This document shows positions 1-7,674 of a stretch of DNA of 32,000 nucleotides, one piece after another. The notes beneath the pieces were generated by a model. The model did no database searches. It saw nothing but the letters and a program-made list of their open reading frames with translations, and was not told where the DNA came from. Made by a program: the position numbers and the translations under genes. The stretch spans positions 450,001-482,000 of the forward strand of contig NZ_CP074694.1 of NCBI RefSeq assembly GCF_018398935.1. Direction: 5' to 3'. The first letter of the stretch is position 1, and each line of letters starts with the position of its first letter. This stretch comes from Telmatocola sphagniphila. GTDB lineage: Bacteria > Planctomycetota > Planctomycetia > Gemmatales > Gemmataceae.

Positions 1-1420
1 TCGGCGGAGAGTACAAGCCGAACACGCCTTCTCGCTGCAAAAATTCTTGGACCACTTCGGCAATAAACGGAGAACCGTTATCCATTTTCAGTACCAGCGG
101 GGCTCCCTCCCGGGTGATCAATGACCGAAGGGCCACAAGCGTTTCCTCGGCAGTTGCCGCCGCCACAGGCCAGGCTACCCGAGTTTGAAGACTCCGACGC
201 ACTTCCGAGGCCGCCCCGAAGTAACGGTCCGCGGGCACCAGACCATCGATCCCCTGATGGGGCCTCTGGAAGTTGTAATGGTCTATGAATAACCCAATCC
301 GACGCTGAGCATCCCCCATGTCGATGAAGATTGCACTCTCGATGCACTCACGCCACAAGGTTCCCCAGAACCGCTCGATCTTACCCAAAGTCTGCGGATG
401 ACGCGGAGACGCTACTACCTGTCGAATGCCCCGTTTTTCGAGTTCCTTCGAGAAGGCACTTTTACCCCGCCAGGTCACATACTGCGTACCGTTGTCGGTG
501 AGAATCTCCTCCGGCGTTCCATAAGAAGCCATGGAAGCTCGCAAGACCTCCAGCACCAAAGCCGATGACTGGCTCGCATGCAAGCCGTAGCCGACCAAAA
601 ACCGACTGTGATCGTCCATGAACCCGACCAAATGAACGCGCCGATTCTGACGTTTTAACACAAATGTGAAAAGATCAGTTTGCCATAACTGATTCGGACG
701 GGCCCGCTCGAAGGACCGCACCTTGTCCGGATGCCCTCGCGTCGGAGCCTGCTCCAGTTGATAACCGGCTTCATGCAGCACCCGGGCCACCGCCGAAGCA
801 CTCGCCGGTAAAGCCGGACCTCGCAATAGCATGTCGCTAATCCGCTGACACCCCCATTCCGGATTCGATTTTTTGAGCATCAGGATTGTACGCTTGGTCA
901 ACTCGTGAACGCGGCTGCCCGGAGGTTTGCCCCGCGGCTGATCCAACAATCCGGCCGGGCCAGAAATTTCAAACCGCTTCTTCCATGCGTAAAGCGTGTG
1001 TTTCGAGACGCCTACCAAAGGAGCAAAATCGCCGGCGGGCAAGCCGCTCCGCTGCCAGGTATCCAGCAACAAAATCCGCTGTTCCGCCGTCATCGCCGGC
1101 ACGGGTTCGGTCGGTTTTTTCACCAAACGCCGTCCCTTAACAGGTCCCCGAACCGATAACCTCGAGTGGAATTCCCTACGCTTCGAAAGGCTGGCTTCTA
1201 CCTCGGAATCCACGGAATCCGATAAATCCAGACCCGCATCGGGAAAGGACTCCGAAGTGGGGCGGGCTCCGCGTCGCTCCCCTTCGCTGCGGCTCAGGGC
1301 GCTCGGCTCCGCCCGCCCCACTTCGGCAGCCGCGGACAGCGGGTCCCTATCCTCCGTCGGACCAGCTCTCGGTTGTTCTTCTCTTTTCTCCGCAAATGCA
1401 TTCTGGTTGAATTCATCCAT
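1..1420 (-). CDS. rve/DDE (retroviral-integrase-type) transposase, IS481/IS3-superfamily-like; 3' end runs off the left window edge
   Basis: My own minus-strand translation from the ATG at 1420-1418 stays open to position 2. It is absent from the supplied track because no stop is reached. HTH region: MTAEQRILLLDTWQRSGLPAGDFAPLVGVSKHTLYAWKKRF. DDE context: NQLWQTDLF, ILTDNGTQY, HPQTLGKIERFW, then YNFQRPHQGIDG. An in-frame ATG at 1093 (MTAEQR...) is an alternative start that removes a 109-aa low-complexity leader. Confidence 0.8.
   Translation of the reverse strand, partial: MDEFNQNAFAEKREEQPRAGPTEDRDPLSAAAEVGRAEPSALSRSEGERRGARPTSESFPDAGLDLSDSVDSEVEASLSKRREFHSRLSVRGPVKGRRLVKKPTEPVPAMTAEQRILLLDTWQRSGLPAGDFAPLVGVSKHTLYAWKKRFEISGPAGLLDQPRGKPPGSRVHELTKRTILMLKKSNPEWGCQRISDMLLRGPALPASASAVARVLHEAGYQLEQAPTRGHPDKVRSFERARPNQLWQTDLFTFVLKRQNRRVHLVGFMDDHSRFLVGYGLHASQSSALVLEVLRASMASYGTPEEILTDNGTQYVTWRGKSAFSKELEKRGIRQVVASPRHPQTLGKIERFWGTLWRECIESAIFIDMGDAQRRIGLFIDHYNFQRPHQGIDGLVPADRYFGAASEVRRSLQTRVAWPVAAATAEETLVALRSLITREGAPLVLKMDNGSPFIAEVVQEFLQREGVFGLYSPP
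1252..1326. repeat. 16-bp perfect GC-rich inverted repeat (ccgaagtggggcgggc / gcccgccccacttcgg) with a 43-nt spacer
   Basis: Arms at 1252-1267 and 1311-1326 are exact reverse complements, checked base by base. The repeat lies in the 5' leader/N-terminal extension of the transposase ORF. Confidence 0.9.
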
Positions 1421-1522
1421 ATAGCCTCTCTTCTGGCGGTATTCCCGCCTAAGAAAGAGAAGGTAATTCCTATAGCGATTTAAACGGCTAAACCGGTAGA
1501 TATTTCAGGAAAGGGGACAGCC

Positions 1523-1700
1523 GTGATCACAGTCCTGGAGGCGCGGATCAGCGAACTCGAGCGGCAGCTGGGGCTGAACTCGACCAACTCATCGAAGCCG
1601 CCCTCCTCGGACGGCCCGAACGTCAAGCGTCCTCCCGCAAAGGCGAAATCGAAGAACAAGCGAGGCGGGCAACCGGGCGTTCCGAAGCACCAACGGCGTT
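1523..1700 (+). pseudogene. IS66-family-like transposase, N-terminal stub only, cut by the IS at 1701
   Basis: The ORF 1523..1744 reads ITVLEARISELERQLGLNSTNSSKPPSSDGPNVKRPPAKAKSKNKRGGQPGVPKH. This is the coiled-coil + NSSNSSKPPSSDG + GGQPGH-type N-terminal signature I associate with IS66-type TnpC. The frame runs directly into the IS terminal repeat at 1701, and no matching continuation is readable after 3291. Confidence 0.5.
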
Positions 1701-1724
1701 GGGTGGCACTCAACGCCGTTACCC
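1701..1724. repeat. IRL of the IS4/IS701-like element
   Basis: 24/24 complementarity with 3268-3291. Complementarity stops at both the outer and inner neighbouring bases. Confidence 0.9.
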
Positions 1725-1847
1725 ATAATTCACTTTCACACTAGGAAGCGTGCGTTGTCTGCGTGGTTGATCTCGGGTGATTTCGGCAAAGTAGTTAAAC
1801 TTATTGAGGGGGTCTTTTATAAATGGCCTTGATGCGGAAGCATCCTT

Positions 1848-3260
1848 TTGAAATTCCGTTGTGACCAAACAAATGGATATCAAGAGGTAGCGATCATGCC
1901 GCACCAAGGCCAAGGACGGTCTTTGAACAATGCTACTGCGTTGCGTCACTGCATAGAAACTTTAACTCGAGAGGCCGATTTTAGGCAAGTCCGCTTTCGT
2001 TCGGACTGCTCTTGGACCATACGGGCCTTAGTGGCGGCGGCTTTGTACTGGGCCTGGTCCGAGACGGGCACGCTAGCGGGCCGCTGGGGTCATGCGCGAG
2101 GTCTAACGGCCTCCGGTTTCGGGATTTCTTCGTTGGGCACGGCCTGCCAACCTTTTCTCCGATTATTGACTCGCTGGTCGGATCGGTTACTGTCGGCGGT
2201 GGCGGCGTCTTTCCGCCAGCTGATGGCGAAGGAGTTGTCTCGGCGTTTCCGGGTGGAAGGTTTTATCGCTTTTGCCGTGGATGGCACCCGACACGAAACT
2301 CCCCGAACTGCTGCTAACGAAAGAGCCTTTGCCTTGAACGGAGCAAAGAAGCGAGATCGGAGCCGGGGGAAGAAATCTCAAGCCGCGTTGTCGAAAGCCT
2401 CTTCGCCGCAGGTGAATTTGACATTGTTGTGGCATTTGGGGACGGGGTTGCCGTGGGCCTGGAAGAGGGCAGGTTCTGGCGTGGGGGAACGAGCGCTTCT
2501 TCGGGAATTACTGCAGGAATTGCCGCCTAAAGCACTTCTGGTGGCGGATGCTGGCTTCACGGGTTACGATCTGTGGGGGTCGATCCTTTCGGCCGGCCAT
2601 GATCTCTTGGTGCGTGTGGGTAGCCACGTGCGGCTTCTCTCGGAGTTGGGCCTGCAACAGGGTTCGAGCAAGGACCGGGTCTGGCTTTGGCCGGATAACG
2701 CGATGGGACTGCCCTTGGAATTGCGTCTGATCAAGACCGGTTCGGGAACCTCGACCGTCTGGCTGGTGACGACGGTATTGGACCGCCAACGCCTGCCGGA
2801 CGACGCCGTGAAAAAACTCTACCGGCAACGCTGGGGAATCGAAGTCTTTTATCGAACGCTGAAGCAGAAGTTCGAGCGACGCAAGTTGCGGAGCCGAACA
2901 CCTCAGCATGTTTACCTGGAATTGGACTGGTCGTTGATGGCCCTCTGGGCTTTGGGATTGCTGGCGTTGCTGAACGATCGAAAAGTCGAGCCGCGAAAGG
3001 TGAGCTTTTCGGGGTTACTGGGAGCCGTGCGGACGGCGATGCGTGATGGCTCGGCTATTCCCAAATCCGGCCAGCGTATCGAGGCTCTTTTGAAAAAGGC
3101 CCGAATCGACGATTATAAACGAGGTATTAAGCGAAGTCGCAATTATCCACGCAAGAATAAAGAACCCCATGGAACCGGAGACCCGCATATATCCCCCGCG
3201 ACACCCGATCAACGACAACGGGCGCGTAAATGGTTCGAACTATTCCCTTTACGCGCCTAA
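1848..3260 (+). CDS. IS4/IS701-like DDE transposase
   Basis: Intact 470-aa ORF. Motifs: FAVDGTRHETP, LLVADAGFTGYDLW, and C-terminal YRQRWGIEVFYRTLKQKF (the Y-x2-R-x3-E-x6-K signature of IS4-type DDE enzymes). The ATG at 1896 (MPHQGQG) is an alternative start. Confidence 0.85.
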   Translation: MKFRCDQTNGYQEVAIMPHQGQGRSLNNATALRHCIETLTREADFRQVRFRSDCSWTIRALVAAALYWAWSETGTLAGRWGHARGLTASGFGISSLGTACQPFLRLLTRWSDRLLSAVAASFRQLMAKELSRRFRVEGFIAFAVDGTRHETPRTAANERAFALNGAKKRDRSRGKKSQAALSKASSPQVNLTLLWHLGTGLPWAWKRAGSGVGERALLRELLQELPPKALLVADAGFTGYDLWGSILSAGHDLLVRVGSHVRLLSELGLQQGSSKDRVWLWPDNAMGLPLELRLIKTGSGTSTVWLVTTVLDRQRLPDDAVKKLYRQRWGIEVFYRTLKQKFERRKLRSRTPQHVYLELDWSLMALWALGLLALLNDRKVEPRKVSFSGLLGAVRTAMRDGSAIPKSGQRIEALLKKARIDDYKRGIKRSRNYPRKNKEPHGTGDPHISPATPDQRQRARKWFELFPLRA

Positions 3261-3267
3261 AAGATAG

Positions 3268-3291
3268 GGGTAACGGCGTTGAGTGCCACCC
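3268..3291. repeat. IRR of the IS4/IS701-like element
   Basis: gggtaacggcgttgagtgccaccc is the reverse complement of 1701-1724. Confidence 0.9.
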
Positions 3292-3388
3292 GGAAATTGG
3301 ACGAGGATTGAGTCCTACAATTCGCAAAGATCAACAAAAACGGCAAGTGACCAGTGCCACCCAAACTGTTACTCAATAACGACTTGCG

Positions 3389-3703
3389 TTGATTTGGTTT
3401 GGTTACCAGTGCCATCGCGCCGAAGGAGAAGAACGTGTCTCCGTCGCTGAGATTGCCGAACAGATTCAGAAACTAAAATCCTCCAACACGGTCGAAGTTA
3501 CTACGCCGCGTTCTGGAGAACAGCGGATCGTCATTGCCGAAGAACCCGTGACCAAACGCCTTCGCAAGCGGATGCAACGGGAACAGGAGAATCCGCAAGT
3601 CGGATCAGAAACATATGCACCAATCGTACCCAACGAGCCGAATGATTACCGCAGTCAGGTGATGCAGAACGGGAGTGGCTGGGCGAAAGAGTTGGTGATT
3701 TAA
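3389..3703 (+). CDS. hypothetical protein (weak)
   Basis: 104-aa ORF in the track with no recognisable motif. It lies between the IS and the DUF1963 gene and could be an IS-flank remnant. Confidence 0.25.
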   Translation: MIWFGYQCHRAEGEERVSVAEIAEQIQKLKSSNTVEVTTPRSGEQRIVIAEEPVTKRLRKRMQREQENPQVGSETYAPIVPNEPNDYRSQVMQNGSGWAKELVI

Positions 3704-3735
3704 AGGAGGTTGATTCGAAATTGAATACAATCGGC

Positions 3736-4695
3736 TTATCTTTGAAAAACCGATTGTATTGGCCAATTCTTACAAGTTCTACAGATGAAGAGGAGCAGTT
3801 CACCGGCACCGAATCCATTAAAATTTGCAGGATCAACGATACCTGCTTGCGCATCTTGCTCCTCTCGCGATTTTCCACCGCGCCTTAGGAATATATTGTC
3901 CCTTATTGCATGATCTTCAATCGGGCACCATCGCCTCCAATCGCCTCCATCAAACTCGCAATCGGTCAAAGTTAATAGATATTCCATCTCATTTCCACAC
4001 TTACAAGTTGGGATTTCTTCACCCTGAACCCATTTTGGATAGCCTCCCACTTTATTCGATGGACATAGCGCGTGCTCACTTGTGAGGAAGTCTAGCCATT
4101 CGTCCTCTGTTCGGATATCTTCCGGTGACGGATGTGCAGCAAGCCACTCACATGCCTGTGTACACATCGCTTGAGTAATCTCTTTTACGAAGAATTCCTT
4201 TACCCTTTCCGGGTGCAACTCGCACTCATTGGGTAAATACCATTTACTGGCGAATGGCGATTTTGGCGTGTGTTCGAGCGGGTTTCTGACTTCTGAACGT
4301 TTACGCCAGAAAATGAATGTTTTGGCAACGAAGCCTTCGTCGCTCCCATGCTCAAGAGGGCACCACATCAGTTGAAGTAAGTCACTTCCGGGGAAAAACT
4401 GAACTTCCGGAAAGTCTTCGCTGCGCAATTGTAGTACGGGTACAAGCTCAATCGCCTTGCCACGCACATCCTTCTTAGCTTCAGCCGTTCCCTCGCCGTT
4501 GTAGTGATTTGGAGATTTGCATACAGGCCAGGGTTCATCACTAGGCCACAAAAACACTCCCCCTAGTTTGCTTGCAGTCACATCAAGAACATGAGCACGC
4601 CTCGGATGAAGACGTACCGTATTTTTCGTTTCCTCACACATTTGGGGCCAAACTTCCAAAGCATTTAAGCGAGGCTTAGGTGTGGTCCGACTCAA
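3736..4695 (-). CDS. DUF1963 (YwqG-like) domain protein with embedded Cys-rich zinc-ribbon-like segment
   Basis: N-terminal half: SKLGGVFLWPSDEPWPVC ... LVPVLQLRSEDFP ... LLQLMWCP. C-terminal half: NKVGGYPKWVQGEEIPTCKCGNEMEYLLTL ... LLLFICRTC. These match the two GG-x-P-x-W blocks of YwqG/DUF1963 as I remember them. TTG start with ggag 8 nt upstream; an alternative ATG lies at 4641. Confidence 0.7.
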   Translation of the reverse strand: MSRTTPKPRLNALEVWPQMCEETKNTVRLHPRRAHVLDVTASKLGGVFLWPSDEPWPVCKSPNHYNGEGTAEAKKDVRGKAIELVPVLQLRSEDFPEVQFFPGSDLLQLMWCPLEHGSDEGFVAKTFIFWRKRSEVRNPLEHTPKSPFASKWYLPNECELHPERVKEFFVKEITQAMCTQACEWLAAHPSPEDIRTEDEWLDFLTSEHALCPSNKVGGYPKWVQGEEIPTCKCGNEMEYLLTLTDCEFDGGDWRRWCPIEDHAIRDNIFLRRGGKSREEQDAQAGIVDPANFNGFGAGELLLFICRTCKNWPIQSVFQR

Positions 4696-4818
4696 GGCAG
4701 GCTCCTTAAAATATAATTTATATGATCATTGATTTCAGAATAAAATCGTTTTGCTGTATTTTATTCTTGTTTATTTATTCCTGTATGAGATTCAATTAGT
4801 AATTTTTTTATTAAATAG

Positions 4819-4855
4819 TGGACTTCCCCACTAAAAACGGACACCGAGTTAAGCT
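4819..4855. repeat. IRL of the IS3-family element
   Basis: See the alignment with 6051-6087; the terminal dinucleotide TG is typical of IS3. Confidence 0.8.
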
Positions 4856-4879
4856 GATAAACTAACTTGGGAGGTTCGG

Positions 4880-5191
4880 ATGGAGAAGTTGAAGGTCAAG
4901 CGTCGTCGTAAGCGCTATTCTGCCGAGTACAAGAAAGCCGCTGTGGAGTTGGTGACTGTAACAGGTCAGTCTGCCGCAGAGGCGGCCAGGTCGCTGGGTG
5001 TTACCTCGCAGACGATAAAGAGGTGGATCGACGAACTCAGCAAGCTCGGCGAGAAGGCCTTTCCCGGCAACGGCGTTCGGAGTGTGCTGGATAATGAACT
5101 AGCTCGTCTCCGGGTCGAGAACGATCGATTGCGTATGGAGCGGGACATTCTAAAAAAAGCGGTCAGCTTCTTTGCGCAGGATTCGGTCTGA
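4880..5191 (+). CDS. IS3-family transposase OrfA (HTH)
   Basis: 103 aa: KRRRKRYSAEYKKAAVELV..GQSAAEAARSLGVTSQTIKRWIDE, followed by a leucine-zipper-like LARLRVENDRLRMERDILKKA. Confidence 0.9.
   Translation: MEKLKVKRRRKRYSAEYKKAAVELVTVTGQSAAEAARSLGVTSQTIKRWIDELSKLGEKAFPGNGVRSVLDNELARLRVENDRLRMERDILKKAVSFFAQDSV
5152..5158 (+). promoter_or_regulatory. Programmed -1 ribosomal frameshift site (A AAA AAA G) joining OrfA to OrfB
   Basis: In the orfA frame the codons are cuA AAA AAA Gcg. After a -1 slip the reading from 5158 gives SGQLLCAGFGLKYEFIEAHASTWPVKRMRSVLGVS, which is in frame with ORF 5230..6057 (5230-5158=72). LKYEFIEAH..WPV is the conserved start of the IS3 OrfB region. Confidence 0.8.
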
Positions 5192-5229
5192 AGTATGAGT
5201 TCATCGAAGCTCATGCGAGTACTTGGCCA

Positions 5230-6057
5230 GTGAAGCGGATGCGCTCGGTGCTGGGGGTTTCAACTTCGGGCTACTATCAGTTTCGAAAGCGTCTGAGGCT
5301 GAATGGGCGATGCGAAGCGAGTCCCCGACTGTTGACGGAGATTCGGACGATTCATGCCGAGATGAAAGAGCGTTACGGCAGCCCTCGGATGCATGCGGAG
5401 TTGCAGGCTCGAGGCTATAAGTGCTGTCGGAATACGGTGGCTAAGGTGATGAAAACAGTGGGAATTCGAGCTTCGATGCCTCGTCGGTTCGTTCGAACGA
5501 CCGATAGCAATCATTCGCTGCCGGTGGCCGGGAACGAATTGAATCGACAGTTCGATTCGGCGGATGCACCGGATCGTTTGTGGACGGCCGACATCACTTA
5601 CATACCGACGAAACAGGGATGGCTTTACCTGGCCGTGGTCGAGGATCTTTACTCGCGTCGGATCGTCGGTAGGTCGATGGATCGGACGATGGAAAGCCGG
5701 TTGGTGGTCGATGCCTTAGCCATGGCCGTGGAGACGAGATATCCGGCGGAAGGTTTGCTGGCTCACTCGGATCGAGGTAGTCAGTATGCCAGCGAGCACT
5801 ACCAAAGATTGCTGGAGAAGAAGGGCATCCGCTGCGGCATGAGTCGTAGAGCCGACTGTTGGGACAATGCTCCGATGGAAAGCTTCTTTGCCAGTTTAAA
5901 AAAGGAGCTGTGTCATCGAGTGGAATTGGTAACCCGGGACGAAGCGAAAAGAAGCATCTTTGAATACATCGAGGTGTTCTACAATCGGATTAGAAGGCAT
6001 TCGAGTCTGGGATACGTTTCCCTAGACGAGTACGAAAGGGCAACCAAAATAGCTTAA
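5230..6057 (+). CDS. IS3-family transposase OrfB (rve integrase core), probably made as an OrfAB fusion
   Basis: Motifs: LWTADITYIPT (D), AHSDRGSQYAS (D), DNAPMESFFASLKKE (E), YNRIRRHSSLGY. The listed GTG start is probably not used independently. Confidence 0.9.
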   Translation: MKRMRSVLGVSTSGYYQFRKRLRLNGRCEASPRLLTEIRTIHAEMKERYGSPRMHAELQARGYKCCRNTVAKVMKTVGIRASMPRRFVRTTDSNHSLPVAGNELNRQFDSADAPDRLWTADITYIPTKQGWLYLAVVEDLYSRRIVGRSMDRTMESRLVVDALAMAVETRYPAEGLLAHSDRGSQYASEHYQRLLEKKGIRCGMSRRADCWDNAPMESFFASLKKELCHRVELVTRDEAKRSIFEYIEVFYNRIRRHSSLGYVSLDEYERATKIA

Positions 6058-6087
6058 CTCCGTGTCCGCGCAAATTGGGGAGGTTCA
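6051..6087. repeat. IRR of the IS3-family element (contains the orfB stop codon)
   Basis: The reverse complement aligns with 4819-4855. The element ends ...ggttCA. Confidence 0.8.
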
Positions 6088-6213
6088 GGAGCTAAATGTA
6101 AGGCTATTTCTGAGACACTACAATAGATAAATTATTTTCCAGCTCAATTGCGTACACAAATACGCTTGTCAGAATCTCATAACTGTTCTGTTTCTCGATC
6201 ACCGAAAATATTG

Positions 6214-6891
6214 TTAATCATTCCCCAACGTTTTCTTCTTCACCTCTGGGATCGGATAAAGCTCCTTGAGTAACGATATCGCCATTTCTTTTCGCTCTAG
6301 ATCGGCTTGGATTATCGCCTGCAAATCGAGTCGGACCATTTCAAGAGGATTTAAACAGGGAGAAGAATTGGGTTTGTTCAACGAAGAAATTAGTTTCAAT
6401 AAATTATTTTGGTCAGCCGTGGCAGCTCTGATTTGGGAAATATCGTCCAAGGACTTTGTTTCTCTAACGAGACTGTTAAATTTATCCAACCGACTTTTTC
6501 TGGCTTTCGCATCCTGAATAACCAGCTTATTCCTTTCATGAAATTCCGTGTAACTGATTTCAAGATCAATTCCTAGTGATGCGGAGAGTCGACAACCGCA
6601 GTCACTAAGTACGATCTCACTAAGGTCTCTGGCAGATCGCATCGCACAAAATGCAGCCTCTCGAAGCACTTTCTCTGATTCTTTTAGTTTCTCATTAATG
6701 TGAGGATCAATGGTCGCCATATTCGTGGGCTTGAATTGGCTGTAATCCAATTTCCCCAATGGCGGATCTTTCACTTTTGCGGAATTTTCTGATACTTGCC
6801 CATAAATTGAGCCGCAAATGTTCAACGCAATCGTGGTAAACAGAATGCATTGGTAGCGAAACATCGAGGATCTCCGAGATGTCTGAACCAT
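6214..6891 (-). CDS. secreted hypothetical protein (signal peptide, helical)
   Basis: 225-aa ORF. The likely start is Met10 at 6864, giving MFRYQCILFTTIALNICGSIYGQ as a signal-peptide-like N-terminus. No known motif recognised. Confidence 0.55.
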   Translation of the reverse strand: MVQTSRRSSMFRYQCILFTTIALNICGSIYGQVSENSAKVKDPPLGKLDYSQFKPTNMATIDPHINEKLKESEKVLREAAFCAMRSARDLSEIVLSDCGCRLSASLGIDLEISYTEFHERNKLVIQDAKARKSRLDKFNSLVRETKSLDDISQIRAATADQNNLLKLISSLNKPNSSPCLNPLEMVRLDLQAIIQADLERKEMAISLLKELYPIPEVKKKTLGND

Positions 6892-7082
6892 ATGGAATGA
6901 TTATAACCAGCAGGCGAGCGTAAAATCAATGTGAAAAAAGTGTTGAAATCATCGGTTGTCGAGGAGATTCTCCGCTGCTCTAATGCTGCCTCGACGTACT
7001 CGTTGAAGCGCTGATTATTCCTGGGTGTAGAATAGTACCATGCAAGCAATATATCCCGAACAAATGGCTGCTCCCAAGTCAT
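6822..7082 (-). CDS. hypothetical small protein (weak)
   Basis: 86-aa ORF whose 3' end overlaps the next gene's start region. No motif recognised. Confidence 0.3.
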   Translation of the reverse strand: MTWEQPFVRDILLAWYYSTPRNNQRFNEYVEAALEQRRISSTTDDFNTFFTLILRSPAGYNHSIWFRHLGDPRCFATNAFCLPRLR

Positions 7083-7269
7083 GTTCTAGGACTCTATTTT
7101 TCGAATGAGTTGAGTTAGTTCGAAAGAAATTCTTCGGATGTCTACCATCACCTGATGATCATTTCATCGGATGGACCGCTGTTACCTGGCACCTTTTCAA
7201 TTAGCCTGCTCAAGTTCTGAAATAACGCAGCCAGTGGTTCTGGAACCTTACGCGAATCAAGTTCATTCG

Positions 7270-7648
7270 TTACCCTACGTCAAATACAGTGCAAACGACC
7301 TCTTCAAACGAGTACACCTCACCTGAAATTCCATCCGAAAGCCATAGCCTGCATTGCTCATCACGATTGGACAGTTCGTCGAGTGCAGATAAAACTGATG
7401 GCTTGTTGTATTGCGGCATCTGCTGCATGCACTCCGCCGTTTGGATATCCCCGCTTAACAGCATGATCCCATTCCACTGTTTCTGCGGAGGAATCTTCCA
7501 AATCGTACGATATCTGATTAGGGGAACCTCCGAACAAGTAGATGTATACCGCTTTACTCACGTTCTTCCCAGCCAAACGCATGGCGAGTAAATCGGCTTT
7601 CTGGTCGATTCTTTTGACGCCATCCAAATCCGAAAGAAGTTGAGACAC
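7270..7648 (-). pseudogene. probable frameshifted small gene (two overlapping ORFs in different frames)
   Basis: ORFs 7361..7648 (95 aa) and 7270..7464 (64 aa) are on the same strand and overlap by 104 nt in different frames (7648-7464=184, not a multiple of 3). Together they would encode about 125 aa ending ...DELSNRDEQCRLWLSDGISGEVYSFEEVVCTVFDVG. Confidence 0.35.
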
Positions 7649-7674
7649 CGTCCATTTCGATTTAAGTGGGCCAT

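Larger units (their letters stand above)
1701..3291 (+). mobile_element. Intact IS4/IS701-like insertion sequence (1591 bp) with perfect 24-bp terminal inverted repeats
   Basis: IRL 1701-1724 (gggtggcactcaacgccgttaccc) is the exact reverse complement of IRR 3268-3291. The repeats enclose a single uninterrupted 470-aa DDE transposase ORF. Confidence 0.85.
4819..6087 (+). mobile_element. Complete IS3-family insertion sequence (1269 bp), orfA/orfB with -1 frameshift
   Basis: Imperfect 37-bp terminal IRs beginning TG...: TGGACTTCCCCA..GGACACCGAGTTAAGCT versus the reverse complement of 6051-6087, TGAACCTCCCCA..GGACACGGAGTTAAGCT (28/37 identical by my count). orfA carries an HTH and orfB an rve domain. 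An A7 slippery run sits at the orfA/orfB overlap. Confidence 0.9.

Noticed and set aside
78-347. Minus-strand 89-aa ORF
   Set aside because: It is an off-frame shadow inside the transposase gene. The transposase frame carries the conserved motifs through this interval.
886-1424. Three plus-strand ORFs (886..1140, 905..1159, 996..1424)
   Set aside because: They lie antisense to a transposase ORF with clear HTH and DDE motifs. Their products are low-complexity Arg/Pro/Ser-rich, as expected from reading GC-rich coding DNA backwards.
2012-3327. Multiple short ORFs on both strands inside the IS4-like element (e.g. 2508..2909 minus, 2012..2317 plus)
   Set aside because: All overlap the intact 470-aa transposase ORF and have Arg/Gly/Pro-rich nonsense-like composition.
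3705-3725. ggaggttgattcgaaattg, a partial resemblance to the tRNA T-arm region (gggagattcgaac)
   Set aside because: Only ATTCGAA and a few flanking bases match, interrupted by an insertion. This is too weak to call a remnant att site.
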